Positions 56,796-64,000 of a stretch of DNA of 64,000 nucleotides are shown here, piece by piece (within the stretch, counting starts at the first letter, position 1; the number at the start of each line of letters is the position of its first letter). The notes below the pieces were generated by a model, which did not search any database, had not been told where the DNA came from, and saw only the letters and a program-made list of their open reading frames with translations. A program made the position numbers and the translations under genes. The stretch lies in NCBI RefSeq assembly GCF_009914755.1, contig NC_060940.1; one strand, written 5' to 3'. Source of the stretch: the human T2T-CHM13v2.0 reference genome, Homo sapiens.

Positions 56796-58267
56796 AGAGA
56801 ACCAGTTGGTACCAACACCTTCCTGAGGGTCAGGCCAAACTCTCACAAGCAGCAAAGGAAAGCTGAGTGTCAACAGGAGAGCTCACACCTGAGTCCTAAG
56901 AGAGCGTGGAGCACATGTGATGGGCTACTTTACTCTTTTACAGATGTAGCAGATGATAGATTGTGACTAATCCACCTCCATCATCCTCAGCACCCAACAA
57001 CAGCGCTCCTGTGTCCAAGGCTGGAACCACAGGTGGGCTTCTCTTCGGAATACGCAGAATGGTTACTGTTTTAGCAGTTAAGATCCCTCCAACTGTTTGC
57101 CTGCCAAATATTGCTTTGCTTACCTAAGGCCTATGGAAAAAACAGCAAGGAGCTCCTCAAAAAGACAAGTTCTATGAAAAACACCACCAGCCAGGTGGCT
57201 CTCCAGACCTCCACAGGCCATTTCGCCATAGGAAAGATGGATCACAGAAGAACCAGGGCACAGTCCGAAATTAACACTGCTCCCCACAACTCTTCACTGT
57301 TAAAATGGAAATTTTACATGGACCAGTGATGGCAATGTGTCCAACCAAAATCTCTCAGGAAGCTTTTATTGAGTACCTAATCTGTGCCTCAACAAAGCAA
57401 AGAATATATAAGACATGGACCCCGAAATCAATGCGCTTACAGACTAGGTGATGGCCCCATAAGAATACCTAGCACACAGTTATTTATTGATCCTGTTTAC
57501 AATATACAATACAACATCATAGCAGAAATTGAGGCCCGGGCAAAAGAAGAAAGAAAAAACAAAACTGGAGGAAATTTTGAACCAAAAAAATCAAGCTTAA
57601 AATGCATGTAAGAATAACCTACACACTGAGTCAAATTTGGCTCTAAGCTTTCTAAAAGTCAAGAGGATAAAGGCATGCTAGGTATGCTTTTAAAGGTACA
57701 CTATTTACAATGTCCAAGAGAAAAAAAAATCAATTGGTCAGGATTATTTAGCTCCAGTAATTTCTCAACTGCTGAGAATGGGATAAGACTAGGTGCAAGT
57801 AGGGCGTGCAGCCCTATTTCCCGGATCTCTTTGTGGAGGTAATAATGAGAAGGCTTGAGTGTGAGGCCAGCTAGTCTCACTGTTTCCACTGATAGACAAG
57901 AATACTGACCCCACAGGGTGTTGGTGGTTTGCTGACGTCAGAGAGCCGGTCAGTGGCAGAGCTAGGACGAAGACCTGGGTATCTTCACACCACACTAACA
58001 GTGCCTTCCTCCCACATGAAGCTACTCCGCATCATCCTTTTAAATCCACAGGCTGGCTGGATGGGTAGGGGCTCACATGGACGTTGGGGAAGGAGGAGAA
58101 CTGTTCTAGATTAAAGGGGACCTAAGAACCAAACAACAGCTAGATGCGCTATGTAGTTTCGTATGGATGCCAGTTCTAACCAGCCAAATGTAAAAAGCCA
58201 TTTTGGGGACAATCAGATAAGTCTGAATTGCAACTTGGGATTAGATCATGTTAATAATGTCAGTTTT

Positions 58268-58551
58268 GGCCAGGGGCAGTGGCTCAAACCTCAAGTATCA
58301 GCACTTTGGGAGGCTGAGACGGGCAGATTGCTTGAGCCCAGGAGTCTGAGACCAGCCCGGGCAACAAGGTGAAACCCCATCACTACCAAAAGTTAAAAAA
58401 AAAAAAACAAAAACAGCTGGGTGCAGTGGTGTGCGCCTGTAGTCCCAGCTACTTGATTGCTTGAGACCAGGGAGGTCAAGGCTGCAATGAGCTGTGATCG
58501 CACCACTGTACTCTAGCTTGGGCCACAGAGTGAGACCTTGTCTCAAAAAAA
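58268..58551 (+). mobile_element. AluJ-like within an L1M relic (about 58100-58770)
   Basis: TSD GTCAGTTTT. The flanks resemble an L1M 3' end. Confidence 0.85.
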
Positions 58552-59441
58552 GTCAGTTTTGTTAGGGAATAATATTATGTTTACATAAGAAAATGATGAA
58601 GCAGCATGATATCGTTGGCTTCAAAATATTTCAGCAACGGACAAAAAAGACGGAACAAATCTAGCCAAAAGTTCATTGTTAAGTCAAGGTGATAGAACTA
58701 TGGAAGGGTTCATTATATCATTCTTTCTACTTTTATACAGTAATTTTTTTTTTCCTTAAAAGTTACCATTCGCTATCAGGAACATCTTCTAAAAGAACAG
58801 CATTGACCAGAACCAAGAGATTCAGTCTTGAGTCAATACGTTCATGGCAAGCCAAGCCTTTTTTCAAAGAAATGTGGGTTTCTCCTTTCTTCCGAAGGGC
58901 TTTCCTCCCAGGCCGGGCCCCAGCTATCTCTAAAGCTCCTTTCAAACACCACCATCTACTGACCCCCACTCTTACTCCTTCTCTTAGAAGGTACCAAGCA
59001 CCACCAGGCTGCTAATGTTTAAAAGAACACAGAAAAAGACAATATGCATCACGCCTGGGCATAGCACCTGACAGCCTTTATAAGTGGTAGCTATCACGAT
59101 CATTACTGAGCAAAAATGCGCCTGTTTACAAAAGTTAACAGCCTAAGGTTATATAACAGCTTGATTTCAAGCTTTGAGCCAAAGTCTGATTAAGAAGAAT
59201 ATACATCCGTTGAATTAAAAGCCTCCACTTCTTGACTCAACGGGTTAAGAAAATATTTTTAACACTTTCAGTGAGTTTAAAAAATCAGATGTTTACCAGC
59301 CATTGTTTTTGCGCACACTGTCTTTTATCTCAGCATGAATGTTTTATAAGCACCTTAATTGCTTTGCAAAGCCTCAACTGAACTGCTCCCAATTGGGCTG
59401 GTTCTCTAGTGTGGCTCTGTAGGTAAACGGCCCAGTGGTAA

Positions 59442-59974
<533 letters not shown>

Positions 59975-61216
59975 TTTCTACACATTTTCAAACACTCTCA
60001 TTTGACCTCTAACAATCTTTTTAAATAGAATGGGAATCATATTTTCGATTTTACAGGTTTAAAAAAATAATTCATTCAAACATCTGAGTGACTCCTACGA
60101 GTCATTCTTTCTCAAGGTCCTGCAACTGGTTAGCTGCAGAGCAAGGACCAGGACACAAGCTACAGTTTCTACTGTGGTGCTCTTGGCTCCATGAAGGCAT
60201 CATTTCCTTAAAGAGAATCACCAACTCACAGAGAAACAAGAAGAAAAAAGACAGAAACCTACCTGCTGCATGCCTAAGCTTCCAAATCCTTCCAAAACAT
60301 GTATCATCTAAATACGAGAAAAAGATAGGATGCCAAAGACCCAAAGGAGGTATTTTCATTGATCACACCTCAGTGGAGTAGAGTTATACACACCACCAAA
60401 TATTGAGTTGCTCCACACAGACCAGAACAGTGATGGCAAGACATTAAGTCGTAAATTTTTACATAGGCCAGAATGGTGGAGGGCCCGAGAAACAAATCCA
60501 CTAAAGCACCAAGTGCTGAAGCAAGGATCTTTGGCCCATAAAAAAGTTTAAGATCTGAGGAGTAGCCTGGGTGCAACTCCTCCTCTTAGACCCTAGACTG
60601 CAAAGACAACACTGTCATCCAAAGCAGACTGACCACTCGGCTCAAAAGGCTATTTGTAAACAGATGTAATAAGCTGTCAACGTCCAGGAGCTCCTCATGA
60701 AGGAGGCTGAACTCAGAGGAGCTCATGTCAACGCAGAGTTCAGGTTAGGACCAGTGGGGGTAACGTAAAGGGTGATTTGGGCCCCAGGATTACTGTAGCA
60801 TGACCCAAGCAAAGTGCACATATCTATGTAAAACAGAAAAGAAGGAAACCGGCTTCTTCCCCGTCAGGAATGTCGCTTATTCTATGGGTGTGAGCAGTTT
60901 CTTTAGTCCACTTTCTGCCATCACGGTGGAGCCCTTGGAAGCCCCTGTTCCTACCGTGATAGAAAACAATGAGACTTATGAGGCAACTTAATAACCACTG
61001 ACCACCTTCTTAGTCCAACTGACTAAGCTGAGTGACATTTTTAGGAAGAGCATTAATGCGGAAAACAAACCTTTCCAATTCATGGAATGAGGTAATCTGG
61101 GCAGAGGAAGGGTGGGGGCACAGTGAGTAGATCCAGAACACAAAACAATGACCAGGATCCCCGAACATCCCAGCTGGAATGAGGGCAACCCCAAAGGGGT
61201 CGACAGAGAAGGCCTA

Positions 61217-61510
<294 letters not shown>

Positions 61511-62129
61511 AGAGAGAGAGAGAGAAAGGCTGCTTAAGCCATTGCTCCATGCAACTCTCCAACCACATGTCAAACACCATTCCTACCATCTGTCCTTGGA
61601 GCCCTTCCCTCACCAGCACAGGTCTAACTACCCACTGCCAAGTGTGGGTACAGGGTAAGGCCCTGCTCAGTAAGCCTGTGGTCTGATACTAAAGTCATAT
61701 CTTGCCATTACCCCCCGGCCCCACCAGTTATAGTCCAGAACCTTCCATCTTGCTGTTGGCTCTCTATGGCCTGGCTTCCTGACCCTGTTTTGCATGAACC
61801 CTTGACCAGCTGGGGCTTAAATCCCATGGGTGGGAATCTCATACACCTGCAGCCTTCTTGCCTATACCTGCTCACGCTCCTTCAAGCACAGGCCTCAGCC
61901 CTTATCTGAATAACCTGTCTGCTGGCTTCCTCCCCATCTGATAGTTTCACTCCTGGCTCCTCTCAGGCAGCAAAGAGGAATAAGCAAGCCACAGGCTGCA
62001 GCCTGGCAAGACAGTCAGGAAGGTGGCAGCTGCCCTGATTCAACCTTCCTCCTAGTCTATCTACTGCCTCTTCCTCCTCCATTCCCCAGTGACTCCATGA
62101 AACTTGTGTTCACAAACTTGAAAAATTCA

Positions 62130-62434
<305 letters not shown>

Positions 62435-62619
62435 TTCACTGAGGAGATGTGGTAGATGGCTTAGAGGTCAATGTTATAGGTCAATGTCCCTTAGGTTGAA
62501 CAGCACCTGTGTTGCTGGGTCTGCAATGTTGAGGACCCCGTGATGGTCTTCAATAAGGCTGGGGCGAAGGGGCTAAACCTCACTATCGTGTGCAAGCTCA
62601 CCCCAGGCCTCAACAGAAT

Positions 62620-62755
62620 TTATACATATAAAATTTATATGCATTACATGTTTACATATGTATGTATACATGTACATGTATATAGTATACATATGGATAT
62701 ATTTATATAAATATGCATATATACCTATACACATATACACATACATCTCTCATAT
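62620..62755. repeat. (TA/CA)-rich low-complexity tract
   Basis: Alternating purine-pyrimidine, AT-rich. Similar tracts at 775-880 and 46690-46780. Confidence 0.8.
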
Positions 62756-64000
62756 TTAAAACAAAATAGAGCAATTAAAAGAGGAAAAAAACAAAGCCAA
62801 CACACACGTACCCCTACCACCACCACTACGAACACCAACACGCCCCCACAGGCAAGATCTTGTCCCAAGTTTCTGAGAAACGTCACTTAATACTACGTAA
62901 TCTCGAAATGATGGGGTCTGCCTACTGGCTTTGTCTGGAGACTGGACTCCAGCTGCTCTCCTAAACTGTCCTTGTCACCTTCTCATCAGGAGAAAAGGGG
63001 AACGTAAACATGAACCACACCAGAGATGGGCTATCCAGTGAGGCTGATATCATCTCAGGCGCCACCGACATCTCTCTCCAGCATTCTGTCATCTTATGAT
63101 CAACTATGTAACTCCAGACATCCAGGGGAACCTGAATCCTAGAACTAGATGTCCCCAAATAAGTGGTTTCTCTGTAAAAGTCAAATGTGGATCACAAAAC
63201 AAATGTGAGGGGAGTCCCAGGAAAGCCAGTTGCATAAGGGTGTCCTCAATTAAATTCTACACACGTCAATTTTTCCCCAGGGAGGGCGAGGCAGAGCTGA
63301 GAACAACATTGGACTGGACAGACTCAAGGCAGGGAAGAAATGGAATTTTCGCTCTTGAGATTCAAATTCCTGAGTCATAGTTGAAATCCCACTGCTATAA
63401 TTGTTTTAATACACTGTCTCCACACACACAAAAAGACGCCTTTAAAAAGTTGCACTGGCTTCCAGATTCCCTGGTTAAAACCCTCCCTTCTCCTGGACGC
63501 TCTCAGATACAAGCTGTGTTGAACTCACTAGCAGCTGTCACATTCTGGCACTTGCTTGGGCTGTGACCAGAGCAGTCTTCCGCCCAACCAGGGAAGGCAC
63601 AGGCTCTGCCGGCAGAGCAGGGGTTAATGGAAGCTGACCGCAGCACAGTTGTTAAGGTAATCAATACCACTGAGATACTAAAGCAGTGTAAGCCACAATA
63701 TTGATTGCCAAGCAGATGATAAAACTGTTTATTATGATAATTGCAGGGTCCCTGCAAGATGCTCCCAGCGCTTCCTAAAGCTGTTTACAAAACTAATAAA
63801 GATTTGCCATTTCAAGGTCTTCCATTTTTAACCACCCCCCACCCCGCCAACTCCCCACAATCTCCCACTCCCAAAAAGCAGGCCTCACCCCTGGGCGGTT
63901 AACATGTTCTTCCCAGGGACAGGCACTCCATGGCCCGTCCTGGGTGGAGCTTCACTCTCAGATTCTCTAAAGAACAGACTGTCCTTCTCCACCCTCACCC

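Noticed and set aside
58630-58643. TTCAGCAACGGACA resembling an RE1/REST site
   Set aside because: It lacks two core bases of TTCAGCACCnnGGACAG and lies in an L1 relic.

Overview
Human (primate) genomic DNA lying entirely inside the ZFHX3 (ATBF1) gene, which is transcribed on the - strand. The window holds the giant first coding exon (35228-37995: 49 nt 5'UTR plus 2719 nt CDS, residues 1-906, with C2H2 zinc fingers, a poly-Glu tract and a poly-Ala tract) and the next 497-nt coding exon (28267-28763, which carries the Met915 start of the short ATBF1-B isoform). The rest is intron, containing about 29 Alu elements or fragments, L1/L2/L3/MIR relics, hAT MITEs, simple repeats and several repeat-free islands dense in homeodomain/TALE/POU/RFX motifs. 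I found no unambiguous novel gene or system. The most interesting sequence-level observations are: (i) an out-of-frame uORF overlapping the ZFHX3 start codon; (ii) inverted Alus bracketing exon 2 and exons 2-3, where an exon 2-3 circle would read into that same uORF frame and stop; (iii) an uninterrupted 13-Ala allele; (iv) a tail-less inverted Alu fusion and a 26-bp-spaced inverted Alu pair; (v) two non-repeat hairpin/palindrome elements at 40554 and 47228. Exon numbers, repeat subfamilies and reference-allele statements come from recall and eye inspection, not from searches.
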